This document shows positions 48,979 through 58,501 of a DNA stretch of 64,000 nt, piece after piece (within the stretch, counting starts at the first letter, position 1; every line of letters begins with the position of its first letter). The notes beneath the pieces are model-generated. The model saw nothing but the letters and a program-made list of their open reading frames with translations, was not told the origin of the DNA and made no database searches. The translations under genes were made by a program, and so were the position numbers. The stretch lies in the IMG/VR virus record IMGVR_UViG_3300042391_000634, positions 248,001-312,000 of that record; one strand, written 5' to 3'.

Positions 48979-49610
48979 GTAAATCAATCAACAATAGTTC
49001 AATGTGGGAGGTAAAACCACTTAAGTTATCAATATTAGTTCCAACGAGGGATACTGTTCATAGTCAGTTCTCTTATTGTATAACTCAATTATTTAATACA
49101 ACAAGAGAGGCGGGTATAGATGCTTATTTATTCTACGATTCAAGTACAATATTATTAAATCAAAGAAACAATCTTATTAAGAAAGCAAAGGAAGTAAATT
49201 CAGATTATGTCCTTTGGTTAGATAGTGATATGATGTTCCCACCAACCACAGCGTTACGTCTTTTAGAACACAATAAGGACATTGTGGCATGTAATTATAT
49301 GAGACGTTCAAAACCTCTTAAAACGGTTGCATACACCGATTTAAATGATTGGAATAGTTGGTTACCAATGGAAATACAGGAAGACCTCGTTAAAGTGGAG
49401 GGAGTAGGTATGGGATGTATGTTAATGAAATTAGATACATTCGATAAATTAGAAAAACCATATTTTGAATTTAGATATAAAGAAAACACCGAAGATTACT
49501 TCGGTGAAGACTTTATTCTATTAGGTAAGTTAAGAGAATTAGGATATGAAGTGTTTATTGATACATACTTAAGTATGATGGTTAAACATGTTGGTAATTA
49601 CGCCTTTTGA
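48975..49610 (+). CDS. GT-A glycosyltransferase (GT2-like)
   Basis: 'RN.L','WLDSDM.FP','G.GCML','GEDF','H.G'. Confidence 0.75.
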   Translation: MSKSINNSSMWEVKPLKLSILVPTRDTVHSQFSYCITQLFNTTREAGIDAYLFYDSSTILLNQRNNLIKKAKEVNSDYVLWLDSDMMFPPTTALRLLEHNKDIVACNYMRRSKPLKTVAYTDLNDWNSWLPMEIQEDLVKVEGVGMGCMLMKLDTFDKLEKPYFEFRYKENTEDYFGEDFILLGKLRELGYEVFIDTYLSMMVKHVGNYAF

Positions 49611-50710
49611 TTTTTGTCGACAATTAACAAACTTAAATTACCATATTCATATAAACCTGGACTATAATCATCTATTGAAACTCTTATAGTGTTAATAACA
49701 TTAAAATCATCCTGAGTTAAGTCATCACCAACAAAAACTTTTATATCTACGTTATCGACATCCTCAAATTTAGATTTTAAATCATATCTTGTAAATTTCT
49801 TCTCGTTATCAATATAATTTTGAGGAATTTCATCTATTTCAATCTTATCAAAAAATGGTTCCAACAATTCAATATGTTTGGAACTACTTAATTTAACACC
49901 AACAACTTTCTTAACGTATGTAAAGTTATCTGTTGTTTGATAATCCATGGCATTAAACATAGGAATACTAATACCCCATTTTCTAATGAAATTTCTAATT
50001 GAATGAGCTTCAATGTCTTGACGTATGTTTTTCATTTCATCACTAAATCTTGATGTCTGTGAAACAAAATGATAAGTAATTGCACTATCACATGTTTTTA
50101 ATTCATATCCTTTTAATTTCGCACGAATTAAAAAGTCATCATCTTCACAAAAACATGGAACAAAACTAAATCCATCAAATCCACCTAAATCAATAAATGT
50201 TTTCTTATATGATGACATAAAGAAAACTGCACCATTATGTAGAGTATCACTATTTTTCCATTGTTTAACATAATCATTAAAATTTGAATCATCAAAATTA
50301 TTAAATCCCCTACCTAAATCTATTAACACCTTACCTGGTCTTTCGTGACCTTTAAAAATGGGTGGTTCGATTGTTGTATATGACAATATCATATTCTCAG
50401 TTAACAATCTTTCAATTGCCTCCAAGAAACCTTCACCGATAACCATATCGTTATGTATAAGAACAATCTTTTCAGTATCAACAAGATCAATACCGGCATT
50501 ATATGTTTCAGAAAAAGTTAAACGATCATCATCATGAAAGAAAGATAAATTTTCATCCATTAAAGATTGTAACCATTCTTTTGTACCATCACTTGAACCA
50601 CCACTACTAATAACTAATGGTGCATCGGGGTAAATTTCACGAAGTCTTTTATAACATTCTGTTGTTAAATCTAATTTATTGTAAACGGCTAAGACAAAGC
50701 TTATATTCAT
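49598..50710 (-). CDS. GT2 glycosyltransferase
   Basis: 'VLAVYN','S.DGT','IHND','GGFD','EDDDF..R','YHF'. Confidence 0.85.
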   Translation of the reverse strand: MNISFVLAVYNKLDLTTECYKRLREIYPDAPLVISSGGSSDGTKEWLQSLMDENLSFFHDDDRLTFSETYNAGIDLVDTEKIVLIHNDMVIGEGFLEAIERLLTENMILSYTTIEPPIFKGHERPGKVLIDLGRGFNNFDDSNFNDYVKQWKNSDTLHNGAVFFMSSYKKTFIDLGGFDGFSFVPCFCEDDDFLIRAKLKGYELKTCDSAITYHFVSQTSRFSDEMKNIRQDIEAHSIRNFIRKWGISIPMFNAMDYQTTDNFTYVKKVVGVKLSSSKHIELLEPFFDKIEIDEIPQNYIDNEKKFTRYDLKSKFEDVDNVDIKVFVGDDLTQDDFNVINTIRVSIDDYSPGLYEYGNLSLLIVDKNQKA

Positions 50711-50728
50711 TTTATTATTTTTTAAGTT

Positions 50729-51352
50729 CTACACTTTTTTATTGTTAAATTTATTAAATTTCTTACAAATCGTTAATCCATGTCTATATGGAAACGATTC
50801 ATTATGGTCTTTTGGTTTTGTACCTAAGTCAATAACTTGATATCCAATATCAAAAAAATGATTAGACAAATCTCTTTCATCTGGTTGATGAATCCATCCA
50901 ACACCATTATAAAATGAATGACTGGTTGTTTTTTGATAATGTAAATTAGTATCGTGTAAAACCAAGACCGTATCATCGTCTATTATACCACATTCCACCA
51001 TGTTATTAAAAAAAGATAAGGAATAATTATAGTTATGACAATCAAAAAATACCATATCAACTCTATCTTTAATATCGTCTTTAACCACTCGTTCTACAGA
51101 TTTAATAATTGTTATATGATTAGGTGAAATTGGGGTTAGGTTAGTAATATCAATAGTATAAACAGTACCATCTGTGCCGACTGATTCTAAAAAGTTTTTT
51201 GCGGAATAACCATGAAGTCCCCCCACCTCAATTATTCTTTTAAAAACGCATGTTTTTATTATTGAAAATAAAACCAATGCTTCGTCGTCTTGAATTGGCC
51301 CTAAAACCATTTGACTAGGTTCTTGTGTAAGATGTTCTAAATTATATTTCAT
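50729..51352 (-). CDS. Class I SAM methyltransferase (Methyltransf_24-like)
   Basis: 'IEVGG..GYSA','VYTID','FFDC','LHDT'. Confidence 0.7.
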   Translation of the reverse strand: MKYNLEHLTQEPSQMVLGPIQDDEALVLFSIIKTCVFKRIIEVGGLHGYSAKNFLESVGTDGTVYTIDITNLTPISPNHITIIKSVERVVKDDIKDRVDMVFFDCHNYNYSLSFFNNMVECGIIDDDTVLVLHDTNLHYQKTTSHSFYNGVGWIHQPDERDLSNHFFDIGYQVIDLGTKPKDHNESFPYRHGLTICKKFNKFNNKKV

Positions 51353-51380
51353 TTCATTTCATTTCATTTTATTTTATTTT
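51346..51380. repeat. Microsatellite (ATTTC)4(ATTTT)3 spanning a stop/start junction
   Basis: Direct reading; on the minus strand gives tandem ATGAA units. Confidence 0.8.
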
Positions 51381-51965
51381 ATTATTAAAAACGTAAAACA
51401 TCATCCTCTCAAATTCCCAAGGAGATTGTTCTCTTTCTTCAGTTATTTTTTTACACTTCTCATAAAAAGAAATGTCTCTCATTCTTATTTGTTCTTTAGT
51501 CACACAAAATAAACAACCGGCAACAAACGGATATTCACCAATTGGAGGTGATGTAAATAATGATGACCATAATGTGTTGATGTTTAATACTGGTACGTGG
51601 TGAGGTAGACCGTTTGATTGACTTACCAATTTTTCTTTAAACACACCATTACTAAAAAAATGACAATCATCGATATTCAATTTACTATAACCTAATGAAT
51701 TAGGAAAAACATCTAATATCCAATCATAATTCTTAACGTGGTCAAATGGTTCAGCTTGAGTAAAGAAAACCCAATCAGATAAATTATTGTAATTAGTCAC
51801 GATGTGATGAAAATATGTGTGCATCTCCCTACCAACATTATCTAATTTAATAGTGTTTAAAATTTCAACATTTGATTTATTGTAAATGATAATTTTATAA
51901 TCCTTTACTTTATTTAACCAATTTAAATTTTCTTTATAGTATGATACAACTAATTCTTTTGTCAT
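51369..51965 (-). CDS. DUF3431-like protein
   Basis: 'VVS.Y.E.L.W','N.GRE.HTY.HI..NY..L','F.Q..PFDH','F.V..E.I','FER'. Confidence 0.75.
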   Translation of the reverse strand: MTKELVVSYYKENLNWLNKVKDYKIIIYNKSNVEILNTIKLDNVGREMHTYFHHIVTNYNNLSDWVFFTQAEPFDHVKNYDWILDVFPNSLGYSKLNIDDCHFFSNGVFKEKLVSQSNGLPHHVPVLNINTLWSSLFTSPPIGEYPFVAGCLFCVTKEQIRMRDISFYEKCKKITEEREQSPWEFERMMFYVFNNKIK

Positions 51966-52961
51966 TTATTTTGTTTTCCAAAATGAATAAATTCCTTTAT
52001 CTAATTCGTAGAACGGCCACACAAATCTCTCTCTAACTGGTTGACTTTTAACCCACTCCCACATTTTAGTTAGACCTTCTTTTAAATCTGTTTTATGTTC
52101 AAAATCTAACAGGTCAATTGACTTTTGCCAAGTTGGTATAGAGTGTTTAACCTCGTGTCTACCTTCAAAATATTTCACTTCACCTCCACCAACTACTTCA
52201 CGTAAAATTTCGTTAGCTTCATTGATTGAATATTCTTTTACACCACCTAGATTAATTATCTCTTTCGATGCTCTAATATCTTGAGAAGCTTTCCATAATG
52301 GTTCAAGACTGTCATCAATATAACTAAACGCTCTTGTTTGTGTACCGTCACCAAATATTGTCATTGGTTCATTGATTGTGTGTTGATACATCCAAATACC
52401 TAATACGTTTCTATATTTGTCCCATACGTTTTGTTTAACACCGTAAACATTGTGAGGTCTAATGATACACCAATCAAGTCCGTGTTGTTCACCGGCAATC
52501 TGTATATCCATTTCACAACCATATTTAGCGACACCGTAAGGGTCAATAGGTTTAGGAACTTGAATCTCATCAAACATGTTACCATCTTGATGACCATACA
52601 CCGCTAATGTCGATGTGAATACTAATCTTTTAATATTGTGTTTAATACATTGTGTAATAATACGTGATGTTGCAACTAAATTGTTTTGATAGTTATATGT
52701 TCTAATAAATGGTGATAATCCTTCAGCAGCATAAGCCGCAAAGTGATAAACGTAATCAAATTGGTGTCTTTCAAAACATTCTTCAACATTACCATTAACT
52801 AAATTCATCTCCCATAACTCCACTTTAGAATTAACATTTTCTTTATAACCACCACTCATATCGTCTATACCAACAATATGAACATCGGGATGATTTTCAA
52901 TAATGTAATCTGATAATCTTGACCCAAGTAAACCCGCAACTCCTGTAATTAAAATTTTCAT
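51966..52961 (-). CDS. NAD-dependent sugar epimerase/dehydratase
   Basis: 'ILITGVAGLLGS','HFAAYAAEGLS','YGVAK','RPHNVYG','GDG.Q.R.FSY'. Confidence 0.9.
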   Translation of the reverse strand: MKILITGVAGLLGSRLSDYIIENHPDVHIVGIDDMSGGYKENVNSKVELWEMNLVNGNVEECFERHQFDYVYHFAAYAAEGLSPFIRTYNYQNNLVATSRIITQCIKHNIKRLVFTSTLAVYGHQDGNMFDEIQVPKPIDPYGVAKYGCEMDIQIAGEQHGLDWCIIRPHNVYGVKQNVWDKYRNVLGIWMYQHTINEPMTIFGDGTQTRAFSYIDDSLEPLWKASQDIRASKEIINLGGVKEYSINEANEILREVVGGGEVKYFEGRHEVKHSIPTWQKSIDLLDFEHKTDLKEGLTKMWEWVKSQPVRERFVWPFYELDKGIYSFWKTK

Positions 52962-53572
52962 ACTTTATAATAATTTTCTTTTAAATCATTTTCGTTTACA
53001 TAATTTATTTTTTTCATAATGACTTGATAACCATTGTTAACTATTTCTAAATATTTGTGATATCCATGATAAAACGCGTCAGCACCAGTTTTAACTTGCA
53101 TATATTGTTCTTGTTCAAGTCCTCCACCGTAATCGTCAAATATAATATAACCATTATTTTTCAAACAGTAAAATGCATTAACAGCATCTTCTAAAACATA
53201 TTTACACATATGATTACCATCAATGTAAACAAAGTCTAAAAACTCTTTAGTGTCACCGTTATGGTTAAATGTTTTAAAACTATCGGCCGACTCACCTAAA
53301 ATATATGTTACCTTATCTTCATATGGTTTAATATTGTTCTCAATAAATTCATTTGTATTAATATCCATTATATAATGATGTGAACCTTCCTTTTTACAGA
53401 ATTCATCTAAAATATAAACTGAAGAACCACCATACAATGCACCTATTTCTAAACATACTCTTGGTTCATCACCATAGTTAGGTAAAAAATGGTCCCATGC
53501 ATCCACATGATTTAAAAAGAAATAACGTTCTCCTTCTGGATATTTAAAATGTTCGGGGTATTGATATGACAT
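52958..53572 (-). CDS. Class I SAM methyltransferase (Methyltransf_24-like)
   Basis: 'LEIGALYG.S','DFVYIDGNH','GYIIFDDY'. Confidence 0.85.
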   Translation of the reverse strand: MSYQYPEHFKYPEGERYFFLNHVDAWDHFLPNYGDEPRVCLEIGALYGGSSVYILDEFCKKEGSHHYIMDINTNEFIENNIKPYEDKVTYILGESADSFKTFNHNGDTKEFLDFVYIDGNHMCKYVLEDAVNAFYCLKNNGYIIFDDYGGGLEQEQYMQVKTGADAFYHGYHKYLEIVNNGYQVIMKKINYVNENDLKENYYKV

Positions 53573-53574
53573 AA

Positions 53575-54306
53575 TTAATTTTTTTTATACATAAAGTTAT
53601 AAACACCACAATCTTCCACATCACATGAAACGTGTATGTTGTTTAACCATATTTTAGGGGTTTTTGTTGGTGTGTAATCGGATTGACCCCTATTACAAAG
53701 AATTAACCAATCTTCATATGTTTTATAATAGTAATGATTTAATTGAATAATATCTGTAGGGCCGTTGGGATTGAATGGGCCTCTAAAAAAATTCCTATTA
53801 GTGTCCATTAATTTATTTGATGGGTTGTGAGGTAAAGACATTGTTGATTCACTTTTTAAATTCAATAAAGTTTTTATATGATGATTAACATCTTTATCTC
53901 TAAATGTAAATTGTTTTATCAATGAATTTTTATTTTCATTATCTCTAACTAATTTATTATTAGAACCAAACATATACCAGTTCATCGATATTCCAAATTC
54001 ATTATGGTATTCTAATATAAATTCTTTAATATTAGAATGTTTTTTTAGATGTATAAATTCATCACAATCAATGAAGGCAACCCAGTCATAATCATTTTTA
54101 TATTTAGAAATAAAATCATTATACGATTTTACTTGCTTGTGCTTACCTGGAAAATCAACAAGTATAATATTAGGATGGTTAATTTTACATTTCCAATCGT
54201 TTTGATAAATTATAATATCGTCAAAACCTAATTTTAAATGATAATTACACCACTCCTCGATATAATGGTCCTCATCCTTTGCAATACACATAACCGATAT
54301 TCTCAT
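53575..54306 (-). CDS. GT2/GT92-like glycosyltransferase
   Basis: 'IAKDE..YI.EW..YH..LGFD','FIDCDEF','W..FG','LNHY'. Confidence 0.8.
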   Translation of the reverse strand: MRISVMCIAKDEDHYIEEWCNYHLKLGFDDIIIYQNDWKCKINHPNIILVDFPGKHKQVKSYNDFISKYKNDYDWVAFIDCDEFIHLKKHSNIKEFILEYHNEFGISMNWYMFGSNNKLVRDNENKNSLIKQFTFRDKDVNHHIKTLLNLKSESTMSLPHNPSNKLMDTNRNFFRGPFNPNGPTDIIQLNHYYYKTYEDWLILCNRGQSDYTPTKTPKIWLNNIHVSCDVEDCGVYNFMYKKN

Positions 54307-54923
54307 AATGAACTATAGTAGTTGTTTTGTTTTTCTTGACGATCAATCGTCTTATGGTGTTGTATACAATATTCTTCATCTAATGGTAATGATGAAAATT
54401 TCTGACCACCTATTATTCGTTCGTGAACCTTACCATACCAAGTCATTCCTTTACGGTATATTCGTCCTTGAGCATCAGGAAAGTTTACCCATCCTTTTTT
54501 ATTAACATTCCAACCCCATTTATTAATATGTTCTTGTGTTATACCATTAACAGTATTAATACGAGGAACAAATATTAAATCAACCTTTGGATTTAATTCT
54601 AATATCTGATGGAGATTTTTAATTACATATTCACTAACCATTTCATCGGCATCTATTTGATAGATATAATCTCCCTGACAGTAATCATTCAATTTGTTTT
54701 TCCAATCCGCAAAGTTACCACCAAAATCAAACCCTCTCCACGTTTGAACGTGAGGGAATTTATTATATGGTAATAAGAAATCTAATATTTCGGGATTGCC
54801 GTTCTTCTCATCATAGAGAATAACAATCTCATCTTCCTTTCTTTTATGTTCAAATAAAAATGGAACTAATCTTTTTATTTCCTCTAATTCATTACAAACT
54901 GTAATTGCAAAACTTATTTTCAT
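54303..54923 (-). CDS. GT2 glycosyltransferase
   Basis: 'ITVCNE','IDADE','PD.Q.R','VHE','HHK'. Confidence 0.8.
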   Translation of the reverse strand: MKISFAITVCNELEEIKRLVPFLFEHKRKEDEIVILYDEKNGNPEILDFLLPYNKFPHVQTWRGFDFGGNFADWKNKLNDYCQGDYIYQIDADEMVSEYVIKNLHQILELNPKVDLIFVPRINTVNGITQEHINKWGWNVNKKGWVNFPDAQGRIYRKGMTWYGKVHERIIGGQKFSSLPLDEEYCIQHHKTIDRQEKQNNYYSSL

Positions 54924-54924
54924 A

Positions 54925-55167
54925 TTATGCTCTTTGTCCTCTGTTTATTCTTCCCGTTAATATATTTATTACTTCGTTGTCAATTTCTTCCACAATTTGT
55001 TCCGACATTAATCTTGTTAATTCAGCCTCAGCATCAATTCCATGATAATAATTTAAATCATCAACCAATTCAGGTCTCCATTGTGCTCGTAATGTTCTAA
55101 CGATATTCTGAATACCTTCCGATTGAATTGTTATCCCATGAAAAAATCTAAACTGTCTAACTCCCAT
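54925..55167 (-). CDS. Small protein carrying a T4 gp23-like major capsid protein segment
   Basis: 'RTLRAQWRPELVDDLNYYHGIDAEAELTRLMSEQIVEEIDNEVI'; likely ATG at 55167. Confidence 0.65.
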   Translation of the reverse strand: MGVRQFRFFHGITIQSEGIQNIVRTLRAQWRPELVDDLNYYHGIDAEAELTRLMSEQIVEEIDNEVINILTGRINRGQRA

Positions 55168-55168
55168 A

Positions 55169-55399
55169 TTATTGTCTTTCTCTTGTGAATAATTTAAATA
55201 CTCTACCATTATCATTAAATGTCATTTCAGTATTACTCGTTGGACTTAAACGAATACTACAATCATTCGGACCATGAGCAAAAATAACTGGTTCATCATC
55301 ACCAAATTGAAAACAAAATTCAACATTTGATGGTTCAAATGAGACCGGTGTAAAACATAATGTAGGTGTTTCATCACCTTTAAAAAATTTGAAGTTCAT
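55169..55399 (-). CDS. Hypothetical protein
   Basis: 76 aa ORF coupled within the operon. Confidence 0.5.
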   Translation of the reverse strand: MNFKFFKGDETPTLCFTPVSFEPSNVEFCFQFGDDEPVIFAHGPNDCSIRLSPTSNTEMTFNDNGRVFKLFTRERQ

Positions 55400-56661
55400 T
55401 ATTTAACTTTATTTAATTTAGGTAATATTAATTTAGTTTGTTGTGGAGGAGGTTGAAACGCAATTGAATAAGGTTTTAATATCTCACCAAACTTAACTTT
55501 CATTTTTTCTAAAGAAAAATTTTCTTTATTTTCTTCTTTAAGTTTTAATGACTTCAATAAAAAATTACTATAATCATTTTTAACTATTTTCATAATTTCA
55601 GCAGCTTCACCGTAGTTCGCCGTAAACCATTTAGATCCTTTAATGATGAACTGATCAATTGCACTATCGTCAACATCTGTTAATTTACCACCAACCATAA
55701 CGGATTTATCCATAGGTAAAAAATCTTTATGTCCCGACCAATTAGAGGCAATAACGGGTTTTCCTGACATTGTGAATTCTAATAGTGGTCTACCGAATCC
55801 CTCACCTTTAGTAATCGATACCATAGATTTTATTTTTGGATGATTATACAAATCATTCATTTCTTTATTAGTAAGGTCACCAAATAACAAATATATTGAA
55901 GGTGGATTTTGTATATCGGTAACAACATCTTTAATTTTCTTTATAAACAAATCTCTTTCTTTAATTGAGAAATTAGATGATGATGTTTTTAATACTAATG
56001 CCGGCATATCCCTACCATCTTTAAATGATTCAACAAAACATTTAATTAACATACCAATGTCTTTTCTATCTTGACCTATATTACCTTTTAACCAATGACC
56101 AACAAATAAAAATGCAAAGTTTTCTTTTATATCCAATTTAAAATCTTTATTAATTACATCATTAAATATTGATGTATCAACACCCTCAAATAGAACCTCA
56201 ATAGGTTTTTCTATTCTATGTTGTTTAATTATTTCATTTGTATTTTTATTTCTTTCGTCATAAACCGTTGATAATAAAACTTCTTTAGAAAAATTAGATG
56301 TTGCAATAATTAAATCCATTTGATTACAACCATCAACCCAATCTTTAGGGGCTACAGTTGTTTCAATACCTGCGGTGATACCAATGTTAAATTTACCAAA
56401 TCTACGAAACTCATTAGGTACAGTAACTTGAATGTAGATGTCTGGTAATCCTTCAAATCTTGTTGTAATATTAGATTCAATCCATTTATGAAATGTATTG
56501 TCAGGTTCTAATGCAGTCATAGGTGTGTTACCCCATACACAACTATCAATCTTTATATTAAAAAGATTCATTTGATATAATGATTCTAATAAATCTCTTG
56601 AATGTGATCCATAACCACTTCTTGTTTTAACCGGTCCTCTAAATAATATTGTTGGTTTCAT
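55399..56661 (-). CDS. GT4-like glycosyltransferase
   Basis: 'SGYG..SR','FLFVGHW','RK','GEGFGRPLLE','SGH.DF'. Confidence 0.85.
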   Translation of the reverse strand: MKPTILFRGPVKTRSGYGSHSRDLLESLYQMNLFNIKIDSCVWGNTPMTALEPDNTFHKWIESNITTRFEGLPDIYIQVTVPNEFRRFGKFNIGITAGIETTVAPKDWVDGCNQMDLIIATSNFSKEVLLSTVYDERNKNTNEIIKQHRIEKPIEVLFEGVDTSIFNDVINKDFKLDIKENFAFLFVGHWLKGNIGQDRKDIGMLIKCFVESFKDGRDMPALVLKTSSSNFSIKERDLFIKKIKDVVTDIQNPPSIYLLFGDLTNKEMNDLYNHPKIKSMVSITKGEGFGRPLLEFTMSGKPVIASNWSGHKDFLPMDKSVMVGGKLTDVDDSAIDQFIIKGSKWFTANYGEAAEIMKIVKNDYSNFLLKSLKLKEENKENFSLEKMKVKFGEILKPYSIAFQPPPQQTKLILPKLNKVK

Positions 56662-58022
56662 TAAATTACTTTATATAAATTAAATCTCTCTCTTGGAGTG
56701 AAATTTTTTATTGTTTTGTTAATCCCATCACACATTTTATCACACATAATTTTCGATGATAGGTTTTTAATTGCCCATTCTCTTCCCTTTAAACCTCTTT
56801 CTTTTCTTTCTTCTTTAGACCAATTATACATTTCCATTATCGTATCGGCAACATCATTGTTATTAACTCTATCATCGTACAAGTAAGGTGTTAATGGTGA
56901 ACCATTTAAATTAATTGCTGATGACCATATAGGTATAACCCATTCACCATATGGGATAGTTTCATAATCCTTTTTACTGTGTAATGTTTCTATATTTATA
57001 TAATCATTTTCTGTAAACGGAAATCCACATTGGTCTTGTAATCCACCTGTTACATTAACAATAATAGGGGTTCCAGCCATTATACTTTCGGCGGTACCTA
57101 AACCAAATCCTTCATTATTTGCAATGTTAATCGTACAATCAGCAAGATTATATAATTTATTTAAAACATCAGACTCAATTTTAGACTGAGAAAATATTAC
57201 GTCATAATTTGGACATATCTTATCTCTAACAGCGTATAAATCAGTACCATTGTTATCTATAGGAGTTGTGTGCATTAATAAAACACATCTCTTTGATTTT
57301 TCTTTAGGAAGTTTATCACAAAACAACTTAAAAGAATTAATAACATCTGAAGGTTGTTTTCTACGAATATTTCTACTGTTAAAAAACAAAACAAAATCAT
57401 ATTCTTTATCACCAAACAAATCTTTTTTTACATCAATCAATTCTTTATCCTCCAATGGTTTAAATGTATCTTGATTGATACCGTGAGGAACGTAACTAAT
57501 TTGCCAATCTTGTAATGGTTTACAAAAACCGTCATCTAATTTACCAACACGGTGGACAATTCCATATGTTAATTTAGAAATACAACCTAACCAATCACAA
57601 CTTTCGTAGTAGTTTTTATTATATAATGGGTCCGGTGTGTTATCCCAAATATGGTAATAAAGAATTGGAACTTGTTGTCTAATTTCATGTTCATTGTCAT
57701 ATAACCATTGCCAATAGTGAGGATCGGTAAAGTGTAATATTGCATCGATTTTAAATTCACTTAATAATTTTCTTAAAATGTTTATATCACCGTAACTATT
57801 GTATGGTATAATTTTTAATTCAGCATCGGCAATTCCAGTTTTTTCTCTAATGTCGGTATCCACATCAACCATTTTTCCATTTTCAGGATGATTAATACCA
57901 GCACCTAATTGAACCCAATTAAATCTATCTACAGTACCCATTACAATTTCTCTTGACATAGTGGAAATTCCCGATGTCATTCGTAAATCGTCTGATAATA
58001 ATAAAATTCTTTTTTTACCCAT
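56661..58022 (-). CDS. GT4 glycosyltransferase
   Basis: 'LLSDD..TSG','VPHG','RN.RRK','NEGFGL..AE....G.P','TGG'; likely ATG at 58022. Confidence 0.85.
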   Translation of the reverse strand: MGKKRILLLSDDLRMTSGISTMSREIVMGTVDRFNWVQLGAGINHPENGKMVDVDTDIREKTGIADAELKIIPYNSYGDINILRKLLSEFKIDAILHFTDPHYWQWLYDNEHEIRQQVPILYYHIWDNTPDPLYNKNYYESCDWLGCISKLTYGIVHRVGKLDDGFCKPLQDWQISYVPHGINQDTFKPLEDKELIDVKKDLFGDKEYDFVLFFNSRNIRRKQPSDVINSFKLFCDKLPKEKSKRCVLLMHTTPIDNNGTDLYAVRDKICPNYDVIFSQSKIESDVLNKLYNLADCTINIANNEGFGLGTAESIMAGTPIIVNVTGGLQDQCGFPFTENDYINIETLHSKKDYETIPYGEWVIPIWSSAINLNGSPLTPYLYDDRVNNNDVADTIMEMYNWSKEERKERGLKGREWAIKNLSSKIMCDKMCDGINKTIKNFTPRERFNLYKVI

Positions 58023-58023
58023 A

Positions 58024-58221
58024 TTAATATTTTGACCCACTCACAGATAAATCTGTGTAATTGTTTATTTTATTTCTAAATGCATCATCTTTAACATAAA
58101 GATCTAATGTACGATTAACTAATTTTTGTAGGTTAATATTACCATCAATTGCATTTATTTTAAATTTTCTGTAAACGTCTTCCAATACATGGACACTCGT
58201 TAATTTTTTTTCTACTTTCAT
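58024..58221 (-). CDS. Small ribbon-helix-helix-like protein
   Basis: 'LTSVHV....Y..FK......LQKLVNR.L.LY' pattern; first gene of the GT operon. Confidence 0.45.
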   Translation of the reverse strand: MKVEKKLTSVHVLEDVYRKFKINAIDGNINLQKLVNRTLDLYVKDDAFRNKINNYTDLSVSGSKY

Positions 58222-58256
58222 ATTCAATTATATATTTAGATATATATTACTAATTC

Positions 58257-58287
58257 AAAAAATATCGCCAATTAAGACGATATTTTT
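58257..58287 (-). terminator. Intrinsic terminator-like hairpin
   Basis: AAAAATATCG..CGATATTTTT downstream of the 58478 ORF. Confidence 0.6.
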
Positions 58288-58310
58288 AATTATCATTAAT
58301 ATTAACGATA

Positions 58311-58478
58311 CTAAGTGTTAAGTTGATTTAACTTAGCAATTATTGCATCAACAGTTTTTTGTTGTTCTTCTGTTAGTGTTGGAGATTGTGTAGGTTGAGA
58401 TTGGTCAACAGTCACATTAACTTCCGCAGGTTGATTTACAACCTCTGTGTTTTTATTTTTTTTACAGCCGCATCCCAT
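58311..58478 (-). CDS. 55-aa protein starting MGCGCKK; not in ORF track
   Basis: MGCGCKKNKNTEVVNQPAEVNVTVDQSQPTQSPTLTEEQQKTVDAIIAKLNQLNT; TATTTATA upstream (58493-58500, minus) and hairpin downstream. Confidence 0.7.
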   Translation of the reverse strand: MGCGCKKNKNTEVVNQPAEVNVTVDQSQPTQSPTLTEEQQKTVDAIIAKLNQLNT

Positions 58479-58501
58479 AGTATTTCTTTTTTTATAAATA
58501 T

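Noticed and set aside
54925-55215. The actual major capsid gene or a frameshifted MCP pseudogene
   Set aside because: Only about 45 aa resemble gp23, and the flanking DNA encodes intact unrelated genes.
1-58221. Bacterial LPS/capsule locus
   Set aside because: No wzx, wzy, wzm/wzt, priming transferase or housekeeping genes recognised; virion-type genes are interleaved. A prophage or cellular origin cannot be fully excluded from this window alone.
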